Shown piece by piece: positions 9,061 through 17,169 of a DNA stretch of 64,000 nt. A program made the position numbers and the translations under genes. The notes beneath the pieces are model-generated. The model did not search any database and was not told the DNA's origin. It saw nothing but the letters and a program-made list of their open reading frames with translations. The DNA lies in contig JAWLBL010000020.1 in the NCBI GenBank assembly GCA_041687695.1, positions 32,001-96,000 on the forward strand, written 5' to 3'. This DNA is from Myxococcota bacterium. Its GTDB lineage: Bacteria > Myxococcota_A > UBA9042 > PHBI01 > JAWLBL01. Within the stretch, counting starts at the first letter, position 1; each line of letters begins with the position of its first letter.

Positions 9061-10791
9061 ATGGCGAGGGTGTCGATGATGCGTGGCCAGGGAATCGGGC
9101 GAGGGGCGTTGGCGGGGGCCTTCGTGGCGTCGGCGTTGGCCGTCGGCGCGTGCGAGGGGGGCGGCGAGCCCCGCGGCGCGGAGGGCCTGTCGGTCACGAC
9201 GGCTGCGTTGGCGCCGTGCGTCGACAACGAGAACGGCAACCGGACGTTCCCGTCCGGGGCCGACCGCGTGGTGACGCGCATCACCGGCGGCGAGATCCCG
9301 GCCGACCAGCCGATCGTCACCAGCTTCTCTCAGGAGCAGGGGGCGTCGGGGTCGGTCGTCATCACCAACGTCCCGCCGGGACAGGGCATGCGCCTCGAGG
9401 TCGTCGGCTGTCAGGGCGCCGAGGTCGTCTGGGCCGGTCGCAGCGAGGGCCTGTCGGTCACCGCGCACATGAAGTCGTTCCCGGACGTGTTCCTGACGCC
9501 GGTGGGCGAGATGGCGTGCGTCGGGCGGGCGACGACGCCCGAGGCGCAGCGCCGGTCCAGCGTCGCGCGGGCCTTCGCGGCCGAGTCGCCGACCGCCGAC
9601 GGGGCGCTGCTGCTGGGCGGCTTCACCCAGTTCGATCCGCAGACGAAGGCGGCGCCGGCCACGGCGACCGTCGAGCGCTACGATCTCGAGGACAGCGCCT
9701 TCACGGTGGCCGGCGACCTGACCGGGCCGCGGGGCGGCGCGCTGGCGCGTCCGCTGGCCAACGGGAGCGTCCTGGTCGCGGGCGGGACCAAGGCGCTGGC
9801 CGTGGCGTTGGCGCCCAACGGCGCGCTGCAGCGCGCGTATCCCATGATCTGGAGCCTGCCCGCCGACCGGCCCGACTGCGGCTTCGAGGCCTTCGATCCC
9901 GAGACCGGGACGGCCAGCTGCCTGTCGACCGCTGTCCTGCCGGCGCTGCCGACGATGGCGGCCTACGGGGTCGAGGGCGTGGTGGCCGTCGGCGGCGTGG
10001 TCGCAGACCCGGCGGACCCGCGCGGCGTGCCGACCACGCAGGTGACGACGCGGTCCGGTGCGGCCGAGGCCACCTTCGACATGGCGCACGCGCGCTTCGG
10101 CGCGACGGTGGTGGCCCTCGGGGCCGACCGGGCGCTGGTGTTCGGTGGCAACGCGGACGGTGACCCGGCCCACGCGGCCGAGCTGCTGGATCTGTCCGCC
10201 GGGACGGCGTCGGCGCTGGACGTCTCGGGTCTCACGGCGATCCCGGTGCTGGCCGCTGGTACCTACCTGGGCACCGACGCGTCGGGGCGCCATCGGGTGC
10301 TCGTCGCGGGCGGCGGCGATGTCCGAACGACCTTCCCGCAGTACGTCGGCACCGTGGCGACGCCGCGGCTGGACCTTCTGACGGTGGACACGACCGCCGG
10401 GACCGTCGGCGTCAGCCCGGTCGACGCTGGCGGCGACGCGGCCCTGTTCCAGCGCGCGGCGGCGAGGCTGCAGCCGCTGCCCTCCGGGGGGCTCTGGCTG
10501 CTCGGTGGCATCACCAGCTTCACCAAGACCGAGGCCATCTGCGGCGACGCGCCGGACTGCCTGCCCGCGGACACCCTGACCTTCACCGTCGACGAGGCGG
10601 GGACCTTCACGGCGGTGCGCGACCTCGATCTCAGCGTGGGCCCGATGGGCTCGACCCCGGTGGGGCTGACCGACGGCTCCTGGCTGGTCGCCGGCGGCTT
10701 CACCACCGTCTCGGCCGCGGCCGCGCTCGACCGCGGGGCCAACCTGGTGCGCTTCGCGCCGCTCGCGCCGGAGCTCTGCGCGACCCCCTGA
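9061..10791 (+). CDS. Kelch/beta-propeller repeat lipoprotein
   Basis: Signal peptide with lipobox VGAC; repeated R..(hydrophobic)..GG Kelch-type motifs (LLLGG, VLVAGG, LVFGG, LWLLGG, WLVAGG). Confidence 0.75.
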   Translation: MARVSMMRGQGIGRGALAGAFVASALAVGACEGGGEPRGAEGLSVTTAALAPCVDNENGNRTFPSGADRVVTRITGGEIPADQPIVTSFSQEQGASGSVVITNVPPGQGMRLEVVGCQGAEVVWAGRSEGLSVTAHMKSFPDVFLTPVGEMACVGRATTPEAQRRSSVARAFAAESPTADGALLLGGFTQFDPQTKAAPATATVERYDLEDSAFTVAGDLTGPRGGALARPLANGSVLVAGGTKALAVALAPNGALQRAYPMIWSLPADRPDCGFEAFDPETGTASCLSTAVLPALPTMAAYGVEGVVAVGGVVADPADPRGVPTTQVTTRSGAAEATFDMAHARFGATVVALGADRALVFGGNADGDPAHAAELLDLSAGTASALDVSGLTAIPVLAAGTYLGTDASGRHRVLVAGGGDVRTTFPQYVGTVATPRLDLLTVDTTAGTVGVSPVDAGGDAALFQRAAARLQPLPSGGLWLLGGITSFTKTEAICGDAPDCLPADTLTFTVDEAGTFTAVRDLDLSVGPMGSTPVGLTDGSWLVAGGFTTVSAAAALDRGANLVRFAPLAPELCATP

Positions 10792-10914
10792 TTCGCCCGG
10801 GCGGACGGGAAGACGGGCGCGCCCCTGGGGGTTCCTCGCTCGATTCCGGAGCCTTGTCAGCGGGCATGCGGTCGTGTATCAGTCCGCGCCTGCGCGGCAA
10901 AGACAGGAGGCGGT

Positions 10915-12003
10915 GTGAGCGATATTTCGGTGACCAGTGGCGCTCCCCAGGCGGTCGAGCTCGAGCCCGGCGCGACCGGCGCGTTCGCGTGCTTCGGCAG
11001 CTGGGAGAATAGCAAGACCTGCTACCGCCTCAGCGAGGTGGAGGACCCGCTCGACGGGTGCTCGCAGAGCATCGAGTGCCGGCGCTATACCCTCGAGCAG
11101 AACCCACCGACGACGCGTTTCTCGGTCAAGCCCCGCCGTGACGGGCGCTTCGAGATTCAGCAGTTCCGCGACTTCATCCAGGAGCAGACCAGCTACGACA
11201 TGGCGATCTCGCGCGGCGAGATCGTCATCACGTACCCGGGCGACCGCGGGGTCCCGAAGTCCAAGCGGTTCTTCCTGCACGTCAAGAACATCGAGCAGGC
11301 CGAGCTGAACATCGACAAGGACTTCGAGCTCATCATGTCGCTCGAGAAGATGGTCCTGCGGCAGGCCGGCAGCCTCCTCGGCGGCATCGGCGGCGCTCGC
11401 CCGTCCGCCCGGCGCGAGGAGGACGATCCCGAGGCGCGTCGCCGCCGCATCGCCGAGAAGCTCCGCCAGAAGGCCAGTGAGGAGGCGCGCAAGGCCGACT
11501 CCTTCGACGACGAGCTGGATCTCGAGCTGGACATCGATCTGGACGAGGACGACGACGATCTGGACATCGACGAGATCGACCTCGAGGAGGACGTCGACGA
11601 CGAGGTCGAGGCGGACGACGACGATGATGACGAGGCCGACGCCGAGGTGGACGTCGCCGTGAACGACGACCTCGAGGTGTTCGGCGACCTCGACGCCATC
11701 GGCCCCATCGACGATCTCGACGAGGACAGCGAAGAGGACGCCGACGACGAGAGCGTGGAAGAGGGCGCCGCCGAGTCCTCTGGCGACGCGGACGACCTCC
11801 CGGTCGGCGACCCCGCCGACACCGACGACGACGACGACGACGACGTCGAGCTCGACGACGGTGACGACGACGAGGATGACGAGCGTCCTCGCGCCAAGAA
11901 GAAGGCGCCGGCCAAGAAGGCGGCCGCCAAGGCGGAGAAGAAGCCCGCCGAGAAGAAGGCGGCCGACAAGAAGCCCGCCGCCAAGAAGAAGAAGGCCGAG
12001 TAG
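10915..12003 (+). CDS. Hypothetical protein: four-Cys N-terminal domain, long Asp/Glu tract, Lys/Ala/Pro (histone H1-like) tail
   Basis: AGGAGG before GTG; strong GC3 codon bias; composition read from the translation. Confidence 0.85.
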   Translation: MSDISVTSGAPQAVELEPGATGAFACFGSWENSKTCYRLSEVEDPLDGCSQSIECRRYTLEQNPPTTRFSVKPRRDGRFEIQQFRDFIQEQTSYDMAISRGEIVITYPGDRGVPKSKRFFLHVKNIEQAELNIDKDFELIMSLEKMVLRQAGSLLGGIGGARPSARREEDDPEARRRRIAEKLRQKASEEARKADSFDDELDLELDIDLDEDDDDLDIDEIDLEEDVDDEVEADDDDDDEADAEVDVAVNDDLEVFGDLDAIGPIDDLDEDSEEDADDESVEEGAAESSGDADDLPVGDPADTDDDDDDDVELDDGDDDEDDERPRAKKKAPAKKAAAKAEKKPAEKKAADKKPAAKKKKAE

Positions 12004-12024
12004 GCCCGCTCCTACGGTCGAACC

Positions 12025-12062
12025 ACGAGGCCCTGGTCCCCCGACCGGGGCCTCGTTGCTTT
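12025..12062 (+). terminator. Intrinsic terminator of the 10915-12003 gene
   Basis: ACGAGGCCCTGGTC-ccc-GACCGGGGCCTCGT followed by TGCTTT. Confidence 0.7.
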
Positions 12063-12190
12063 CGAAGGCGCGGCGTCAGCGGTGCCGCCAAGAAGGAGGC
12101 CGAGCAGGCCCGCTTCTACGGTCGAACCACGAGGCCTCGGTCCCCCGACCGGGGCCCAAAACGCACGGGGTCAGCGGTGCCGCCCCATAG

Positions 12191-12360
12191 AGGGTGTCGC
12201 AAAAGCCCAACCGGAGTGCTCCACCTTGGTGGAGCCCCCATTTGGCGCAGCTTGCTGCGCCGGCTTGGCGGCCAGATCCCGGCGGCAAGCCGCCGGCTCC
12301 GGGGCTCCAGCAAGCTGGAGCACTCCAAGGCCGCCTCAGCCGGCATCAACACGACACCCT
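12191..12360. mobile_element. Non-autonomous MITE/REPIN-like element containing four REP-like hairpins
   Basis: 9-bp terminal inverted repeats AGGGTGTCG/CGACACCCT, flanking 7-bp direct repeat CCCATAG (12184-12190, 12361-12367), four 8-bp-arm palindromes with TT/AA centres. Confidence 0.7.
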
Positions 12361-12536
12361 CCCATAGGAGGCCGAACAGGCCAGCTCCTACGGTCGAACC
12401 ACGAGGCCCTGGTCCCCCGACCGGGGCCTCGTTGCTTTCGAAGGCGCGGCGTCAGCGGTGACCGGCCCCAACCCGAGCATCGGACGGGCGAAGATGGGCT
12501 GGGCCTCGCTCCTTCACGGAGCGGCCACCGAACGAC

Positions 12537-12566
12537 AGAGGCCCCGGTCGCGTGACCGGGGCCTCT
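12537..12566 (-). terminator. Probable terminator downstream of the pilin gene
   Basis: Perfect 13-bp stem AGAGGCCCCGGTC-gcgt-GACCGGGGCCTCT about 50 nt after the pilin stop; weak U tract. Confidence 0.6.
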
Positions 12567-12617
12567 AGGCTGGACATGGGGCGCTGGCCTGCGGCCGGCG
12601 CGGCGGGGCGACGGCGG

Positions 12618-13223
12618 CTACGGGCAGTCGTCGTGCTCGCCGAAGATCATCGCCTCGCGGCTGTCGCTCGTCAGCCGCAGCAGCGTACAGAACTTGTCCT
12701 GGTCGTCCGGCAGGCCGCGGGCCTGGACGCTCCACCAGCGGCCCGAAGTGTCGTTGACGAAGCTCGGCGCCGTGGCGCCCGGGGCCCACGAGATCGTCTG
12801 CAGTTGGAAGTACAGCAGGTTGTCGTTGGATCCGATGGTCTCGCCGCGGGGCCTGAAGCCCAGCATGCACCAGGGTGAGGCACCCGGGCATTCGGCGTCC
12901 CACTGGTAGTAGCCGTGCAGGTTGTCGCCGCTCACGGGCGTGCCCGTGAACTGGGTCTCGTCGTCGGCGTCCGGGGCCGAGACGTACCGCGAGTAGGTGT
13001 TGAAGAACGTCTCCTGCTTGATGCGGATGTCGTTCATCAGCGCCAGGGCGTCGCTGCGCCGGGCGTTGCGCTTGTAGCGCGAGTACGACGTCACGGCGAC
13101 CACCGCCAGGATCGCCACGATGACCACGACGATCATCAGCTCGATGAGCGTGAAGCCCACCGCGCCTCGCACCCGCGACCGCGCCGGCTGCTGCGCCACA
13201 CCCTCGAATCGGCCTGCCAACAT
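12618..13223 (-). CDS. Type IV pilin (PilE-like minor pilin)
   Basis: Prepilin cleavage/methylation motif G|FTLIELMIVVVIVAILAVVA; C-terminal cysteines. Confidence 0.92.
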   Translation of the reverse strand: MLAGRFEGVAQQPARSRVRGAVGFTLIELMIVVVIVAILAVVAVTSYSRYKRNARRSDALALMNDIRIKQETFFNTYSRYVSAPDADDETQFTGTPVSGDNLHGYYQWDAECPGASPWCMLGFRPRGETIGSNDNLLYFQLQTISWAPGATAPSFVNDTSGRWWSVQARGLPDDQDKFCTLLRLTSDSREAMIFGEHDDCP

Positions 13224-13251
13224 GGGACCCCCTCCGCAAACGCCCGGGACG

Positions 13252-13281
13252 ATGCTAGGCGGGGCGGCGCTCGCGGGTCAA
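13252..13281 (-). promoter_or_regulatory. Putative sigma70-type promoter of the pilin gene
   Basis: TTGACC-N18-TAGCAT on the minus strand, ~30 nt upstream of the start. Confidence 0.45.
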
Positions 13282-13456
13282 GGTAGCGCGGCGGGCCGGA
13301 CCGCATCCCCGGTGACCGTGCTCGCGGCCTCCCGACGCGGACCGCGAGCGCCCGTCTCGGGTTGCGCCGTGTCGCGCGGCGCGCTAACACCTGCTCGGCG
13401 GCTGGCGCGGGGCGCCGGACCTCCGGGCAGACCCTCGCGGTGCAGGCGGCGCGCGA

Positions 13457-16177
13457 TTGAGCGGACGACATTCCTTGGCGCGACGGTGCGCACGGCCGAT
13501 CCCGGCGCTGCTCCTGACGCTCCTGACGGGCCTGAGCGCCCCCAGCGCTGCGCAACCGGCCGAGCCCTCGCCCGGGATCGTGGCCGAGGTCTCGGTCACC
13601 GCCTCGCCGGCCCGCTCGCGCCTGACCGGCCACGTCCGCCTCACCGTCAGGAACGACAGCCGCGTGGCGCTGGCCAGGATCCCGCTGTGGCGCTTCCCCG
13701 AGCACCTGCGAGCGCCCCCGGCCCGCATGGACGAGGTCAGCGAGGACTGGGTCTATCCCGCTGGGCCCAGCCCGGGCGGCCTGACGCTGGGCGAAGTGCG
13801 GGACGGCGGTGGGCGGGTCCTGGTCACGCAGCCGCTGACCCCGACCGTCTCCGAGGTCGTCCTGGCCGAGGCGCTGGCGCCCGGGGGCCTCGTCTCCCTG
13901 GATGTGCCGTTCCACACGCGGGTGCCGCGCCGCTTCGGCCCCTTCGGCGTGCACGATGGACGCCTGACCCTCGACGGAGGGTTCTTCCCGCGTCCGCCGC
14001 CGCTCGGCCCCGACGGCTTCGTCACCTCGAGCCCCCCGGGGGACTTCGCCTGGCGTCTGTCCCTGTCGGTCGAGGGAGCCCCGGCGACGGCCATCGCTCA
14101 AGGGCGCGTCGCGGCCGTCGCGCCCGGTCAGCGCGTCGACTTCGGGCCCGGCGTGTCGTCCCGGATCAGCCTGGTGCTGCTGGAGGAGCACCAGGAGAGC
14201 GCGATGGACCACGAGGGGACCCGGATCCGCTTCCTGCACACCCGCACCCGCCGCCGCGCCGCAGGCCCCGACACGATCCCCGACCCGACGGTCATCGACA
14301 CCCACGCCCAGACCCTGGCGACGATGGCCAGCGGTCTGTCCTACCTGAAGAAGACCCTGGGCGAGGGATGGACGCCGCCGCGCGAGATCCTGCTGGTCGA
14401 GGCGCCGCTGCGCCGCGACATCGCGCTGGCGGGGCAGGGCATGGTGCTGGTGAGCGACCGGGCCTTCGAGGTGCTGGCGGTCGAGCGTCTGCAGAAGTTC
14501 CATCGCATCGCGCTGCTGCGCGCGCTGTTCACCCAGCAGCTCGAGGGGCGGATCTTCGCCGCCGAGCCGGTCCGCTGGCGCGACCGCGTGCTGGATCTGA
14601 TCGCGGTCCACCTGACCGAACGCTGGGAGGACGAGCGGTACGGCACCGTCGAAGGCGCGCAGCAGCTGCTGCAGGGGGGCTCGTTCGTCGCCGCGGTCGA
14701 CGACGTCATCTACGCCCCGCAGCTGCCGTACCAGCACGTCTACTTTCGGACCCTGGACGACACGGACCCGTTCCGCGACCACGTGACGCTGTTCGCGCAC
14801 CCGCATCCGAACGGTCGGCGGCTGCACGAGAAGCTCAAGGACCTGACCAGCGCCGAAGGCCTGGTGGCGCTGGTCGATCGGCTGCTCGAGCGCGAGCGGC
14901 CGCCGTTCGCCACGCTGGTCGGGCAGCGCATCCCCGCGGCCGACGCGGCCTTCCTGGCGCAGTGGGATCGCGAGTACCCGGTGGTCGCCTATCGGCTGGG
15001 CGAGGTCCGGCAGGGGCGCGACGCCGAGGGCCCCTGGGTCGACGTCGAGGTCGTGCGCGAGGGCGACCTGACGGTGAGCGAGCCGGTCACGGTCAAGGCC
15101 TTCGGTTCGGGCGCGGCGCCGGTCACCGGGACCTGGCACGGCCCGGGTCCGCGGGGCGTGGTCCGGCTTCGCACGGAGCTCGAGCGGCCCAAGGTCATCG
15201 TCGACCCGATGGGGCGGCTGTACGAATCGGATCTCGGCTCGAACGACGATCCCCGCATGGACAACCGGAACTACGACGACTGGAAGTTCCTCGTCCAAGG
15301 GTTCTTCTTCAGCTTCAGCTCCGCCAACGGGCAGCTCAACGGGACCCTGTCGAGCATCCTCCAACGCAAGAACGACCTGGGGAACCTCATCCTGCTGCAG
15401 CCGTTCGAGCTGACGACGTCCACCGGCGTCGCCACGACCTGGATCGCCGGGTTCGGCGACAAGGTGCGTCCCAACCGCCGAGGGCACTACGTCCAGACGC
15501 ACCTGACCCTCGAGCGCCTCAAGGCCAGCGAGACGGTCGACTCGGGCTTCGGGGCCATCGCCTCGGTCGGCGTCGGCACCTCGGACTACATCAGCCGCGT
15601 CACGCCCATGCAGGGCCGGACACTGTACGCCGGCGTCGGCGGGCTGTTCTCTGCGACCGGCGGCGACCCGGACATCGCCGTGTTCGGGCAGCTGGACGCC
15701 GCGCGCCTGTTCCGGCTGACCAGCGCCGACGTGCTGGGGGTGCATGGGGCCGCCAACCTGCTGCTGGGCGAGGCGAGCGAGCAACAGAAGTGGCAGATCG
15801 GTGGACCGGGGCTGGTCCGGGCCTTCGACCCGGTCGCGGCGCTGGGCCGACACCGCGTCCTGGCCTCCGTCGAGTGGCGCCACCGCTTCACGCGCGACAT
15901 GAACCTCAACATCGTGCAGGCCGGGTGGGTCTACGGGCTGCACGGTGTCGCCTTCGTGGACGCGGCCCTGCTCTCGGACGATCTGGACGCCCTGCCGTCG
16001 TCCCGCAGCCTGTACGCCGGCGCCGGCTACGGCCTGCGGTTCGTCTATCTGCTGTTCGGGATGAACCCCATGCTGCTGTCGTTCGATGTCGGCGTGCCCT
16101 TGTACGCGGGCGGACGTCCGCCGCTCGACGTCACCGCGCCCGTCTCGCTCGTCGTGTCGGTCGACCAGGCCTTCTGA
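13457..16177 (+). CDS. Secreted M1-aminopeptidase-like domain fused to a C-terminal Omp85/BamA-type beta-barrel
   Basis: Signal peptide; N-terminal M1-like beta-sandwich (LTGHVRLTVRNDS, LAPGGLVSLDVPF, RFGPFG); VIVDPMGRLYE...DN; IGGPGLVRAF loop motif, YAGAGYGLRF, terminal Phe. Confidence 0.65.
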   Translation: MSGRHSLARRCARPIPALLLTLLTGLSAPSAAQPAEPSPGIVAEVSVTASPARSRLTGHVRLTVRNDSRVALARIPLWRFPEHLRAPPARMDEVSEDWVYPAGPSPGGLTLGEVRDGGGRVLVTQPLTPTVSEVVLAEALAPGGLVSLDVPFHTRVPRRFGPFGVHDGRLTLDGGFFPRPPPLGPDGFVTSSPPGDFAWRLSLSVEGAPATAIAQGRVAAVAPGQRVDFGPGVSSRISLVLLEEHQESAMDHEGTRIRFLHTRTRRRAAGPDTIPDPTVIDTHAQTLATMASGLSYLKKTLGEGWTPPREILLVEAPLRRDIALAGQGMVLVSDRAFEVLAVERLQKFHRIALLRALFTQQLEGRIFAAEPVRWRDRVLDLIAVHLTERWEDERYGTVEGAQQLLQGGSFVAAVDDVIYAPQLPYQHVYFRTLDDTDPFRDHVTLFAHPHPNGRRLHEKLKDLTSAEGLVALVDRLLERERPPFATLVGQRIPAADAAFLAQWDREYPVVAYRLGEVRQGRDAEGPWVDVEVVREGDLTVSEPVTVKAFGSGAAPVTGTWHGPGPRGVVRLRTELERPKVIVDPMGRLYESDLGSNDDPRMDNRNYDDWKFLVQGFFFSFSSANGQLNGTLSSILQRKNDLGNLILLQPFELTTSTGVATTWIAGFGDKVRPNRRGHYVQTHLTLERLKASETVDSGFGAIASVGVGTSDYISRVTPMQGRTLYAGVGGLFSATGGDPDIAVFGQLDAARLFRLTSADVLGVHGAANLLLGEASEQQKWQIGGPGLVRAFDPVAALGRHRVLASVEWRHRFTRDMNLNIVQAGWVYGLHGVAFVDAALLSDDLDALPSSRSLYAGAGYGLRFVYLLFGMNPMLLSFDVGVPLYAGGRPPLDVTAPVSLVVSVDQAF

Positions 16178-16261
16178 GCGCGCGGCCGGTTGTCCGCGCT
16201 CGGAAGTGGCGCTATACGATGGGCTCGACGTCAGCCGAAGTCCGTGACCCTGGAGGCACCG

Positions 16262-16834
16262 GTGGAGACCCCCACGAGCCCCGAAGAGCTGGACGAGCAG
16301 CTCACGCTCCGCAAGGAGCGCTTCCGTCAGATCATCACCGACATCCGCGCCGTGCTCCGCGACGACCTGCCGGTCTTCGTCGAGCGCGAGGCCAAGGCCG
16401 CGTTTCTGGCCCACCCCGAGACGGCGGCCAACCTGTCGGGCGAGCAGGTGCGGGATCTCAAGCAGCGCGCCAAGGCCGTGGGCGAGCGCGCCGTGACGCG
16501 CCTCGAGGAGGCGCTGTCGGGCGAGGACATCTGGCTCGAGCCCGCCGACGAGCCCGCCGACGCGCGCTCGCTGGTCGCCGCCCGCGGCGTGTGGAACCAG
16601 GTGCGCCACGTCGAGGAGGACCTGTCCACCCTGCTGCGCGAGTTCGGGTTGGTCGGCGACGCGGCGCCCAGCTACAAGGCGCCCGTCTACTTCGTGGGCG
16701 GCCGCTACTTCCCGGCCCTGGCCGAGCACTACTGGAAGCTGCTCGGCGAGCTTCGCGCCCTGGAGACCAAGCGCGCCGAGCTGGACAAGCGCTCGGTACG
16801 CGAGCGCCTCGAGACGCGCTGGAACGAGGCCTGA
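16262..16834 (+). CDS. Hypothetical helical protein
   Basis: GGAGG upstream of GTG at 16262; GC3-biased codons. Confidence 0.75.
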   Translation: METPTSPEELDEQLTLRKERFRQIITDIRAVLRDDLPVFVEREAKAAFLAHPETAANLSGEQVRDLKQRAKAVGERAVTRLEEALSGEDIWLEPADEPADARSLVAARGVWNQVRHVEEDLSTLLREFGLVGDAAPSYKAPVYFVGGRYFPALAEHYWKLLGELRALETKRAELDKRSVRERLETRWNEA

Positions 16835-16879
16835 CCGTCGCGTCGGCGCCGCCCCTCCGGGACGGCCGTGGGGCGGCCC

Positions 16880-17050
16880 GATGTTAGGGCCCGCCAAGAA
16901 AAATAGTGCTCGCCTCCGCGGCGGATCCGCCGCACTGGACACGTCGCCGAAAGCTCGGAGTATCCAGATACACCTTCACTTTCGGCGACGCGCCCAGCAC
17001 GACGCCTCCTTGCCGATCCGAACCCTTTTTCCTTGGCGGGCCCTTATGTC
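16880..17050. other. Long-range inverted-repeat structure, candidate ncRNA
   Basis: Outer 13-bp perfect IR (16886-16898/17032-17044) and inner 12-bp perfect IR (16942-16953/16979-16990). Confidence 0.45.
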
Positions 17051-17079
17051 TTGACGGCACTGGGGCTCCTTGTTACACG
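17051..17079 (+). promoter_or_regulatory. Putative sigma70 promoter of the tRNA
   Basis: TTGACG-N17-TACACG with extended TG and a GC-rich discriminator just before the tRNA. Confidence 0.5.
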
Positions 17080-17092
17080 GCGCGCACGTTTC

Positions 17093-17169
17093 GGCTGCGT
17101 AGCTCAGCTGGTTAGAGCGAGCGACTCATAATCGCTAGGTCGACAGTTCAAGTCTGTCCGCAGCCACCA
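17093..17169 (+). tRNA. tRNA with CAT anticodon (elongator Met or lysidine-modified Ile2; not initiator)
   Basis: Cloverleaf: acceptor GGCTGCG/CGCAGCC, D arm AGCTCAGCTGGTTAGAGC, anticodon arm AGCGA-CTCATAA-TCGCT, T loop GTTCAAGTC, encoded CCA. Confidence 0.97.

Larger units (their letters stand above)
11994..12460 (+). repeat. Three imperfect direct copies (~85-95 bp) of the gene end plus terminator hairpin
   Basis: Core GGCCGA..AGGCC.GCT.CTACGGTCGAACCACGAGGCC..GGTCCCCCGACCGGGGCC...GTCAGCGGTG starts at 11994, 12098 and 12370. Confidence 0.92.

Noticed and set aside
8935..10293. Long N-terminal extensions in the ORF track for MutS (also XerD, GlnD, OppA, the kinase and others)
   Set aside because: The extensions overlap neighbouring genes; family homology and RBS or stop-start coupling support shorter starts
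11193..11984. Ser-rich antisense ORF
   Set aside because: Mirror of the GAC/GAG-rich acidic tract on the plus strand
11994..12460. CRISPR array interpretation of the direct repeats
   Set aside because: Units are ~90 bp, derive from the gene end and terminator, lack regular unique spacers, and no cas genes are present
13120..16942. Very long overlapping ORFs (13120..16887 + and 13136..16942 -) and similar Arg/Pro/Gly-rich ORFs throughout the window
   Set aside because: Shadow frames expected in high-GC DNA; they carry no motifs and overlap well-supported genes
17093..17169. tRNA as integration site of a genomic island
   Set aside because: No adjacent integrase, and no duplicated tRNA 3' end was noticed in the window
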